A stretch of DNA of 64,000 nt. Origin: Amphiscolops sp. MND2022. Lineage: Eukaryota. The DNA is taken from contig OZ076409.1 in NCBI GenBank assembly GCA_964187785.1, positions 30,010,001 through 30,074,000 on the forward strand. Direction: 5' to 3'. A program made the position numbers and the translations under genes. Positions within the stretch are counted from its first letter, which is position 1. Each line of letters starts with the position of its first letter. The notes beneath the pieces are model-generated. The model saw only the letters and a list, made by a program, of their open reading frames with translations, was not told the DNA's origin and ran no database searches. Below, piece after piece: positions 52,203-63,543 of the stretch.

Positions 52203-52283
52203 GATTACGACGTTTATGAAGGTGGAGCGGTGCTAAGAGTGGATCAATTTGGTTTTTTTCTCTACTGGAAAGCTGATGGTCGG
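52203..52283 (+). CDS. Phospholipase C-beta second coding exon (PH domain)
   Basis: ttaacag acceptor, DYDVYEGGAVLRVDQFGFFLYWKADGR, gtaagc donor; 81 nt, phase 0/0. It matches the PLC-beta motif VDEFGFFLxW. Confidence 0.92.
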
Positions 52284-52475
52284 GTAAGCATGTGTTTTTG
52301 TACGGGTTACAGTTGGCTTAAACTATTGCTTGAAGAATAAAACTCATCTTCTGAACACAGTTCATAATTATGATGATGGACTTAGTGCCCTTCAAATCAT
52401 CATGATTTTCAAATTGATAATACCCAGTCGGTTGAAATTGAAGACACTCTACAAAACATGCATGGTTTTTAATTA

Positions 52476-52653
52476 CAGTAAACCCTCGATTATCCGCCAC
52501 TCGATTATCCGCCACCTTTGGTCAACCGCCACAAATCTACGGGGACATTTTGCTATAACACCCGTGTCTAAGCTCCCTTGATTAACCGCCACTCTCACTT
52601 ATCCGCCATAATTCGCGCTGGACCGATGGTGGCGGATAATCGAGGGTTTACTG
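52476..52653. mobile_element. pogo/Tc1-type MITE, 178 bp
   Basis: Perfect 25-bp inverted repeats CAGTAAACCCTCGATTATCCGCCAC with TA on both sides. Confidence 0.95.
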
Positions 52654-52778
52654 TATTTCTAGCGTGATACGTGACAGCTTGTGAAACTCCGCGGAATAAC
52701 AGCTTGACCTCGATCAATGCGTTCCTTTGGAGGTAGGTAGACTGTTATTAATATGCTTCTGTTCCTACCTGCCCCATG

Positions 52779-53683
52779 CAGGGGCGGTTTCAGGGGGAGG
52801 GCTGGGTGGGTGGCAGCATTCCCCTTTAGGTAGAATGAACCGAGTTTGCTTACTTTTCCAATTTTAAACTGGTGCTCTCGTTCCGGTCCGCCCGGTTCCA
52901 CCAATGAAAAAGCTCGTTAGTAAATCGACCAACGTAACAAAGAATATTAACCTGGCTACAAACTTAACTTGGGAACTTTGATAGAGTTTATGAAGATTCG
53001 GTGGAGTTAATCGGGGAACTACGAATTGATAAATTACCTGGGTCCCGCAGAACACCTAGAAGCGGGACAACGGATGTTCATGATTATTACCGTCAAAAAG
53101 TGTATATTCCCTTTTTGGACTTCGTTTTAGCTGAGCTAGACAGGCGATTTTCTGCTCACAATGCTATGGCCATGAAAATTTCTGTTCTTTTACCAAGATT
53201 TTTTCAAGCGAACCAGCTACAGTATTCAGATGTGAAACCTATCGCTGAGTTTTACAAACAAATTCTCCCTTGTTCTTTGGAATCACTTGAAAGTCAATTT
53301 GAAACTTGGGTTCAACAATGGAGGGATATTCCTCTGGAAAACCTACCTCGTACAATAATGGCAACGATCGATGAGTGCAACAAGAACTTTTTGCCAGGAA
53401 TTTACTCTCTGCTTCAAATCTTCGCAACGATTCCTGTTCCTAGTGCAGAAGCCGAACGTTCGTTCTCAGCTCTAAAACTTTTGAAAACCTATCAACAATG
53501 CCAGAAGAGAGACTTAGCAGTTTGGCACTTGCTTATATTCATTCAGATTTAGTTATTGATGTTGACGATATCATAAATAGATTTGCGTCAAAAAATAGAA
53601 GGCTCAAATTCAATTAATTTTTTGCCCTTTTGCTGTTTTTGAAAATCCGCACTCCCGTTGAGAAAATCCTAAAACCGCCCCTA
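52779..53683 (+). mobile_element. hAT transposon deletion derivative
   Basis: Inverted repeats CAGGGGCGGTTTCAGG / CCTAAAACCGCCCCTA, with 8-bp target duplication gccccatg / gctccatg (7 of 8 match). Confidence 0.9.
53001..53617 (+). pseudogene. hAT transposase C-terminal (dimerisation) fragment
   Basis: YYRQKVYIPFLDFVLAELDRRFS and LLQIFATIPVPSAEAERSFSALKLLKTY, then frameshifted EERLSSLALAYIH. Confidence 0.9.
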
Positions 53684-54637
53684 GCTCCATGGGCTGTGAT
53701 CTAACTGATTGGCAGTTATTAAGTTCTGAGAAACATGATTTTCTCAAAACCGTCGCAAAATAATTGTTTTTAGTTACTGTTGTTTTTTAGTTCATTTTCC
53801 CCGGGGCTCAGGTAAATTACAATGTCTCACAATTTTTCGAATCTGCTAGTTTTCATTAGAAATCAAGTTTTGAATGGATTATAGTTTGATTCCTATTCAT
53901 CTTCCTTTTACATTTTCAATTGATACAAATGTTTTGGTCCAAATCAGGGATGTTAAATGTTGTATTTAAATAGTATTGAGGTCAGTAGTAAGGAAGGGGG
54001 GGGTTTAGAGCCAATCATGAATCCTCGAGAGGCCGTTAGAGCCAATTATGAATCCTTGATCCGTTAGAGCCAATTATGAATCCCTAATCTTAAAACATGC
54101 AAATTCTCAACGGCCGTAGGTGTCCTAGAGATCCCACGCCTAAAATATTCTACATCAGAAAGGTTAAAGTTCATTTTCACACATATGTCAAGTTTTGTTT
54201 ACAATGCCTTTTCTGACTTAGAATAATCTCTACTTAGGACCCATAAAAGTTCAATAAGAATGAGAATCGTATAATAATTTCAGCCAAAGACCTGTAAACA
54301 TGTACCAACTTTCTACAGTAGCATAAGATCGTTTTCCAAAAAACGTGTACCACAGAACAAATGCGCTATATCTGAATAATTGATGTTATATCCGAATTAA
54401 ATTTTTTCATTCGAGCGAGAATAAAAAAAATCAATTTTTTAATGGTCCACACACGATTTTTATAAATATTGGCAGTCATTCTACATCCAAAGGTGTTGCC
54501 GCATGAGCAATGGCATCAAAATAGTATACCTGGGATGTGAGAAACAGCCAAAACAAGACCAAAAATGACCAAAAAGCGACCAATTTCGGACTTTCTGATC
54601 ATCTCAAAATCTGCACACGCGATTCGAACGAAACTTG

Positions 54638-56670
54638 TTGAAAGATAGATCAAACAAGTCCTATACGACTGTGTTACTGAATGTTAGCAACTTTAGTCGT
54701 ATAGTATTGTACTGTATATTGAAAGATACATTGAAAAAAAGTCCTATACGGCTGTGCTCATAGAATCTCAGCTACGTTAGTCCTATATTATGGTACTGTA
54801 TACTGGAAGATAGATCGAATATAAGTCCTATACCACTTTGTTCATTAAATCTTAGCTACTTTGGACCTATAGTATGGTACTGTATATTGAAAGATGGATC
54901 GAATATAAAACTTAAACGATCGTGTTAATTGAATCTTCGCTACTTTAGGTCTATAGTATTGTATTGAATAATTGAATTTTGAAAGATAGATCGAATATAA
55001 GTCCTATACGACCGTGTTTATCGAATCGTAGCTACTTTAGACCTATAATATGGTACTGTATTTTGAAAAGTAGATCAAACATGAGTCCTTTACAGCTGTG
55101 TTCATTGAATCGTAGCTACTTTTGACCTATAATATGGTACTGTATATTGAAACAGTGATCAAATATGAAACCCATACGATCGTGTTCACTTGATATTAGC
55201 TACTTTAGACCTACCATAATACTGTAAATTGAAAGATAAATGGAATATGATTCCTATACGGCTGTGTTCATTGAATCTTAGCTACTTTAGTCGTATAGTT
55301 TTGTACTGTATTTTGTATCGAATATAAGCCCTATACGGAAGTGTTCATCAAATCTTAGCTACTTTAGACCTAATATATGGTACTGTATATTGAAAGATAC
55401 ATCGAAAAAAAGTCCTATACGGCTGTGTTCATAGAATCTCAGCTACTTTAGTCCTATAGTATGGTACTGTATACTGGAAGATAGATCGAATATAAGTCCT
55501 ATACCACTTTGTTCATTAAATCTTAGCTACTTTGGACCTACAGTATGGTACTGTATATTGAAAGATTGATCGATAATAAAACTTATACGATCGTGTTAAT
55601 TAAATCATTGCTACTTTAGACCTATAGTTTTGTATTGAATAATTGACAATTGAAAGATAAATCGAATAGAAGTCCTATACTACCGTGTTCATCGAATCTT
55701 GGCTACTTTAGAATTATAGTATAGTAATGCATATTGAAAATTAGATCTAATAAAAGTCCTATACGACCGTGTTCATCGAATCTTAGCTACTTTAGACCTA
55801 TATAATGGTACTGCATATTGAAAGATAGATCGAATATAATTCCTATACGGCTGTGTTCATTGAATCTTAGCTACTTTAGTCCTATCGTATTATACTGTAA
55901 ATGGAAAGATAAATCGAATATAAGTCCTTTACGAAAGTGTTCATCGAATCGTAGCTACTTCAGACCTATATGATACTGTATATTGAAAGATAGATGAACA
56001 AAGGTCCTATACGGCTGTGATTATAGAATCGCAGCAACTTTAGTCCTCTAGTATGGTACTGTATACTGAAAGATAGATCGAATATAATTCCTATACGGCT
56101 GTGTTCATTGAATCTTAGCTACTTTAGTTCTATCGTATTGTACTGTATATGGAAAGATAAATCGAGTATAAGTCCAATACTACCGTGTTCATCGAATCTT
56201 GGCTACTTTAGAATTATAGTATAGTAATGCGTATTGAAAGTTAGATCGAATAAAAGTCCTATACGACCGTGTTTATCGAATCTTAGCTACTTTAGACCTA
56301 TATAATGGTTCTTTATATTGAAAGATAGATCGAATATAATTCCTTAACGGCTGTGTTCATTGAGTCTTAGCTACTTTATTCCTATCGTATTGTACTGTAT
56401 ATGGAAAAATAAATCGAATATAAGTCCTATACGAAAGTGTTCATCGAATCATACTTACTTTAGACTTATAGAATGGAACTGTATATTGAAAATTAGATCG
56501 GAAATAAGTCCGATACGACCTTGTTCATTGAATCTTAGTTACATTAGAAATATAGTATAGTAATGTATAATGGAAGATAGATCAAATGTAAGTCAAAACG
56601 ACCGTTCTCATCGGATCCTAACTATTTTAGACCTATAATATGGTACTGTATATTGAAAGATAGATTGAAT
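54638..56670 (+). repeat. 84-bp tandem array in the P2 left arm
   Basis: Same consensus as the P1 arrays. Confidence 0.97.
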
Positions 56671-56895
56671 GGTCTGGTGATACAAACAAACTGAAACTAT
56701 CTTGACAACTCAAACTAACTTCCCATTCAAGTTGAACTTTCAAGTTTCCATTCATCCTAGTAATCAATATCAGCAAAAAATCACCTAACATTTCTACGTT
56801 GTGTATTGGAAGTGAAACAAAGGGATCTGGGAATTGATAAAACCAAACCTGACTCAAATAGAAACCGAACCGTTTCTATTATCATACCACTTTTT

Positions 56896-57178
56896 GCACA
56901 TGACAAAGTCAATGTGCATTGCAGTCCAGCTAAGAAATTTTTTTTCCACAATAGTCAACTTCATAATGAGAGCCTTTTAGACAAATGCCAAAACCCCTGA
57001 GAGATTCGAACCTGCAGCCTCCCGATTGCACGGCATAAGTGTTGACCACTGTGCCATAGGGACGTTAGTGAACAAAGTTGAACTGTTGAATATATACGCA
57101 TGCGATTAAAATAATATATATACGCATATTAAAATAATGTCTTCGTCATGTGTTGCGAAGCACCGCTTCGCCTCTGTG
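56896..57178. mobile_element. About 280-bp HINE-like insertion, present in the left arm only
   Basis: The empty site in the right arm reads ccactttttgacgataaac (minus strand, about 62363-62381). Subterminal inverted repeats are cacatgacaaag / cttcgtcatgtg, with a 3' hairpin gcgaagc-acc-gcttcgc. Confidence 0.8.
56993..57063 (-). ncRNA. tRNA-derived sequence (pseudo-tRNA or SINE head) inside the insertion
   Basis: Minus strand gtccctaTGGCACAGTGGtcaac...caGGTTCGAATCtctcaggggt shows A and B boxes at tRNA spacing; the stems are imperfect. Confidence 0.7.
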
Positions 57179-57222
57179 TTGACGATAAACGCTGTTGGGC
57201 GAAGTTCTGCAGCAACCCTGCA

Positions 57223-57842
57223 ATGAACAAATCCGGATCGATTGAAGCAATTATTGGCCCTATGTTAAGCGGGAAAACGACTGAGCTTCTCAGACGGGTC
57301 AAACGAGATAGTCATCGTCAAAAATCCTGCGTCGTGGTCAAATACGCAGGTGACTTGAGATACAGCTCCACGCATGTTGTCTCACGACGGGCAATCACTT
57401 GAAGCAATTGGGAGGGACATTGGCACTGGATGCACTTTACGAAAAAATGTCGCAATTTGACGTTGTAGGTAAGTTGTGGTACCTTGCTTTTCCATTCTTT
57501 TTATCTGAACCATTGCTCAGAAATCGTTTCAGGCATCGACGAAGGACAATTTATCGATGACTTTGTTGAAATGTGTGACCAATTGGCTATGGCAGGGAAA
57601 ATTGTCGTCGTCGGGGCACTGATTGGTAATCACCGCAGTGAGGGCTTCAAAAAATTCTCAATCTCCTACCCAAAGTTGAATCAATTAAGATATTGACCAA
57701 TATTTGTGGTTTGTGTTCGGAAGAGAAAAGTTGTTTCACAAAGCATCGAACATTAGTGCAATCAGAAGAAATAACATTTGGTGGTGAAAACGAATTCATC
57801 ACACTCTGCCGCAAGTGCTGGAAACTCAAAAAACAAAACTAA
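57223..57842 (+). pseudogene. TK1: TK1-type thymidine kinase, full length but frameshifted; GT-AG intron 57469-57532
   Basis: [59 protein letters not shown] and LCRKC; at least two frameshifts. Confidence 0.93.
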
Positions 57843-60800
57843 AGAAGAAATTGAGCATTTCAACTTCAATCACAAACACCTAATTAGCAACTAAGTGACT
57901 CTGATTTTCAGGTGTAGCCCGTGAAAAAAAAGATTCAATTTCAAACTTTTCTTATCAGAGAACACAATGCAAAATAGTCCAGTGAACATTTTTTTTATTT
58001 CAGGACTTCGGAGCTTGAGCTAATTATTGCTGGTGGATATTCAACTGGTGAGGTGCAGTTAATTCGTTTTCTGTACTACAGAGATTTCTTCCAACACCAT
58101 TTTCTTTCGATGTTTTGAAAGTTTAAAAATATTTGTCAACTCAGTGAATAATCCTTTTTTCGGTCTCTTGTGCTGCAAAAGCAAGCAGTGAACCTTTTAA
58201 AAACTCGCGATAATGTTATTTTGACAAAAACTTGCTCATGTTCATCTCACTGAACTGTCAGCAAGTTTCAGAAAACTTCCGGCGCACACACCAGTCACTA
58301 TTTTCAACAGAACAAATCAAGTTAGGTTTTGAAACGAGTGATTAAGTGTCGTCCGATTGTGCTACCACGGGAACGTTTGATTTGATATCCAACGTTCCCT
58401 TGTTTAAATTTTGGTTTGCAGAAAACTTCGCTGTTTAAATACTTGAGCGAATAGGTAAAAGTTTCATCGCTAAATACAGCCTAATTTTTCTGGTAGATTG
58501 CTGCGAGCATCGTGACTGAACCAAGGCTGAATGTTTTCCGGTGGGTGTCAGACAGTCAACAAAAAGTGCATAGTAACATCGTCACTGATTTCACTTCGCA
58601 AAGAAAAATACCCAGAGAACTGCAATCAATCTATCAATTCTACCAACTCCAATACGAGCAGCACGGAGAAGTCTATGCGCCGATGAGAGCAGAACGCAGA
58701 CTGGTTCCCGGATGAGCGCAGCGAGCCTGATTTTTGAAGGAAATAAGATATGGAGATGTAGCATCTCGACTCGTTGAATGAAAATTGAGTTTTCAAAGCT
58801 CAAAAGTAAAACTTGAAAGTAAATAGTCTCAGTGCTCAAAGTTTGGTCTTGCAGCTTTTAAGAAATTCATCTGACTTGTAGACAGCGATCGCACTGTATC
58901 AGAACAGTGGATAAACTAGGATTGCTGTGTCTGTTCTACTGGAAAGAACTTGAATTGCTGCTGCTGTTGTTTGTGTGTGTGATTGAATACGAAGAAGAAA
59001 AATTGACTTGCAACACCTGAACACTTTGTTGGAAACCCACAGGAAAAAAGTGAATCAATAGTCCTACAGAGTGATCAAGAATTTGTTGTTCTTGCTAGCA
59101 CTCTCAATCTGAATCGGGAAATGAACTTTGTGAATCCTGGCGCAAAATCAGTTTTCATGAACCTCTGCAAACCGTGTATTTTCAGTTGAGGTTGACAAAG
59201 TTGAAACAGTTTTATAACAGTTTCCAGAAACCTTTCCGAACGTGTACTCTAAAAAAACTTTAGGTCAAAAACAACTCACAATCACTTTTCCAAAGCCCGA
59301 CTCCAAAACGGAATTTAGTTGTATCAAAATTATTGCCCACAAATTATCGAATTTTTACCGTTTAAACATTGTGCTTCTTGTTTTGAAATTGAGTGCCCGG
59401 GAACGCTGAGACGAAAACTTCAGTTCAAGCAGGCAGTGTGGTCTGAGTGATTAGTCCTGCAGCTAGATAGCATACTAATCTGAATTGTATCGAGCGATCG
59501 AATCACTGGGGTCACACTACTGTTTTGATGGGACAATCGAAAACTAGTTGCTCATCTCGTGAAGTCTTACATTAACTGCTTCGGGTTTGATTCATTTCTT
59601 CACTGACAGATTGCCATCTCACTCATTGATCTCAATGCGACTCCATCGAAATGTGGCTCCTGAGGCAACTGACCAAAGACGGAACGACGTCGAAAAAATT
59701 GTGACTTTGACGAAGTCCGGTCTGCGCTCTTGGCCTCCACCTGCTCGGAGTTAAGTTGGCACGGTACGGTTGGCACAGAAATGTGAAATTTGAACAGCTC
59801 AACAAAACAAATTGGAGTCTCAAAAAACCTCTGCTTCGTCAAAGTCACAATTTTTTCGACGTCGTTCCGTCTTTGGTCAGTTGCCTCAGGAGCCACATTT
59901 CGATGGAGTCGCATTGAGATCAATGAGTGAGATGGCAATCTGTCAGTGAAGAAATGAATCAAACCCGAAGCAGTTAATGTAAGACTTCACGAGATGAGCA
60001 ACTAGTTTTCGATTGTCCCATCAAAACAGTAGTGTGACCCCAGTGGTTCGATCGCTCGATACAATTCAGATTAGTATGGTATCTAGCTGCAGGACTAATC
60101 ACTCAGACCACACTGCCTGCTTGAACTGAAGTTTTCGTCTCAGCGTTCCCGGGCACTCAATTTCAACACAAGAAGCACAATGTTTAAACGGTAAAAATTC
60201 GATAATTTGTGGGCAATAATTTTGATACAACTAAATTCCGTTTTGGAGTCGGGCTTTGGAAAAGTGATTGTGAGTTGTTTTTGACCTAAAGTTTTTTTAG
60301 TGTACACGTTCAGAAAGGTTTCTGGAAACTGTTATAAAATTGTTTCAACTTTGTCAACCTCAACTGAAAATACACGGTTTGCAGAGGTTCATGAAAACTG
60401 ATTTTGCGCCAGGATTCACAAAGTTCATTTCCCGATTCAGATTGAAAGTGCTAGCAAGAACAACAAATTCTTGATCACTCTGTAGGACTATTGATTCACT
60501 TTTTTCCTGTGGGTTTCCAACAAAGTGTTCAGGTGTTGCAAGTCAATTTTTTTTTCGTATTCAATCACACAAACAACAGCAGCAGCAATTCAAGTTCTTT
60601 TCTGCAGAACAGACACAGCAATCCTAGTTTATCCACTGTTCTGATACAGTGCGATCGCTGTCTACAAGTCAGATGAATTTCTTAAAAGCTGCAAGACCAA
60701 ACTTTGAGCACTGAGACTATTAACTTTCAAGTTTTCCTTTTGAGCTTTGAAAACTCAATTTTCATTCAAAGAGTCGAGATGCTACATCTCCATATCTTAT

Positions 60801-61711
60801 TTCCTTCAAAAATCAGGCTCGCTGCGCTCATCCGGGAACCAGTCTGCGTTCTGCTCTCATCGGCGCATAGACTTCTCCGTGCTGCTCGTATTGGAGTTGG
60901 TAGAATTGAGATTGACTGCAGTTCTCTGGGTATTTTTCTTTGCGAAGTGAAATCAGTGACGCAATGTACAATTTGTTGCTATGCACTTTTTGTTGATTGT
61001 CTGACACCAACCGAAAAACATTCAGCCTTGGTTTAGTCACGATGCTCGCAGCAACCTACCTGGAAAATTAGGCGTATTTAGCGATGAAATTTTTACCTAT
61101 TCGCTCAAGTATTGTAACGGCAGTTTTCTGCAAACCGAAAATTTAAACAAGGGAACGTTGGATATCAAATTGCAAATTAGACATTCCCGTGGCAGCACAA
61201 TCGGACGACCCTTAATCATTCGTTTTAAAACCTTACTTGATTTGTTTTGAAAATGGTCACAGGTGTGTGCGCCGGAAGTTTTCTGAAACTTGCTGACAGT
61301 TCAGTGAGATGAACATGAGCAAGTTTTTGTCAAAATAACATTATCGCGAGTTTTTAAAAGGTTCACTGCTTGCTTTTGCAGCACAAGAGACCGAAAAAAG
61401 GATTATTCACTGAGTTGACAAATATTTTTAAACTTTCAAAACATCGAAAGAAAATGGTGTTGGAAGAAATCTCTGTAGTACAGAAAACGAATTAACTGCA
61501 CCTCACCAGTTGAATATCCACAAGCAATAATTAGCTCAAGCTCCGAAGTCCTGAAATAAAAAAAATGTTCACTGGACTATTTTGCATTATGTGTTCTCTG
61601 ACAATAAAAGTTTGAAATTGAATTTTTTTTCACGGGTTACACCTGAAAATCAGAGTCACTTAGTTGCTAATTAGGTGTTTGTGATTGAAGTTGAAATGCT
61701 CAATTTCTTCT

Positions 61712-62330
61712 TTAGTTTTGTTTTTTGAGTTTCCAGCACTTGCGGCAGAGTGTGATGAATTCGTTTTCACCACCAAATGTTATTTCTTCTGATTGCACTA
61801 ATGTTCGATGCTTTGTGAAACAACTTTTCTCTTCCGAACACAAACCACAAATATTGGTCAATATCTTAATTGATTCAACTTTGGGTAGGAGATTGAGAAT
61901 TTTTTGAAGCCCTCACTGCGGTGATTACCAATCAGTGCCCCGACGACGACAATTTTCCCTGCCATAGCCAATTGGTCACACATTTCAACGAAGTCATCGA
62001 AAAATTGTCCTTCGTCGATGCCTAAAACGATTTTTGAGCAATGGTTCAGATAAAAAAATGGAAAAGCAAGGTACCACAACTTACCTACAACGTCATATTG
62101 CGACATTTTTTCGTAAAGTGCATCCAGTGTCAATGTCCCTCCCAATTGCTTCAAGTGATTGCCCGTCGTGAGACAACATGCGTGGAGCTGTATCTCAAGT
62201 CACCTGCGTATTTGACCACGACGCAGGAGTTTTGACGATGACTATAACGTTTGACCCGTCTGAGAAGCTCAGTCGTTTTCCCGCTTAACATAGGGCCAAT
62301 AATTGCTTCAATCGATCCGGATTTGTTCAT
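61712..62330 (-). pseudogene. TK1: Mirror copy of the thymidine kinase pseudogene
   Basis: ORFs 62151-62462 and 61858-62154 show the same motifs, the same intron and the same frameshifts. Confidence 0.93.
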
Positions 62331-62597
62331 TGCCTGTTTGCTGCAGAACTCCGCCCAACAGCGTTTATCGTCAAAAAGTGGTATGATAAAAGAAACGGTT
62401 CGGTTTCTATTTGAGTCAGGTTTGGTTTTATCAATTCCCAGATCCCTTTGTTTCACTTCCAATAGACAACGTAGAAATGTTAAGTGATTCTTTGCTGATA
62501 TTGATTACTAGGATGAATGGAAACTTGAAAGTTCAACTTGAATGGGAAGTTAGTTTGAGTTGTCAAGATAGTTTCAGTTTGTTTATATCACCAGACC

Positions 62598-63543
62598 ATT
62601 CAATCTATCTTTCAATATACAGTACCATATTATAGGTCTAAAATAGTTAGGATCCGATGAGAACGGTCGTTTTGACTTACATTTGATCTATCTTCCATTA
62701 TACATTACTATACTATATTTCTAATGTAACTAAGATTCAATGAACAAGGTCGTATCGGACTTATTTCCGATCTAATTTTCAATATACAGTTCCATTCTAT
62801 AAGTCTAAAGTAAGTATGATTCGATGAACACTTTCGTATAGGACTTATATTCGATTTATCTTTCCGTATACAGCACAATACGATAGGACTAAAGTAGCTA
62901 AGATTCAATGAACACAGCCGTATAGGAATTATATTCGATCTATCTTTCAATATGCAGTACCATTATATAGGTCTAAAGTAGCTAAGATTCGATGAACACG
63001 GTAGTATAGGACTTATATTCGATCTAACTTTCAATACGCAATACTATACTATAATTCTAAAGTAGCCAAGATTCGATGAACACGGTAGTATAGGACTTAT
63101 ATTCGATTTATCTTTCAATTGTCATTTATTCAATACAATACTATAGGTCTAAAGTAGCGATGATTTAACTAACACGATCGTATAAGTTTTATTATCGATC
63201 AATCTTTCAATATACAGTACCATACTGTAGGTCCAAAGTAGCTAAGATTTAATGAACAAAGTGGTGTAGGACTTATATTCGATCTATCTTCCAGTATACA
63301 GTACCATACTATAGGACTAAAGTAGCTGAGATTCTTTGAACACAGCCGTATAGGACTTTTTTTCGATGTATCTTTCAATATACAGTACCCTATATTAGGT
63401 CTAAAGTAGCTAAGATTTGATGAACACTTCCGTATAGGGCTTGTTTTCGATCTATCTTTCAATATACAGTACAATACTATACGACTAAAGTTGCTAAGAT
63501 TCAGTAACACAGTCGTATAGGACTTGTTTGATCTATCTTTCAA
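62598..63543 (-). repeat. 84-bp tandem array in the P2 right arm (inverted, shorter than the left)
   Basis: Reverse complement of the consensus. Confidence 0.97.

Noticed and set aside
56993..57063. Functional tRNA gene
   Set aside because: The anticodon and T stems pair poorly, and the sequence lies inside a mobile insertion.
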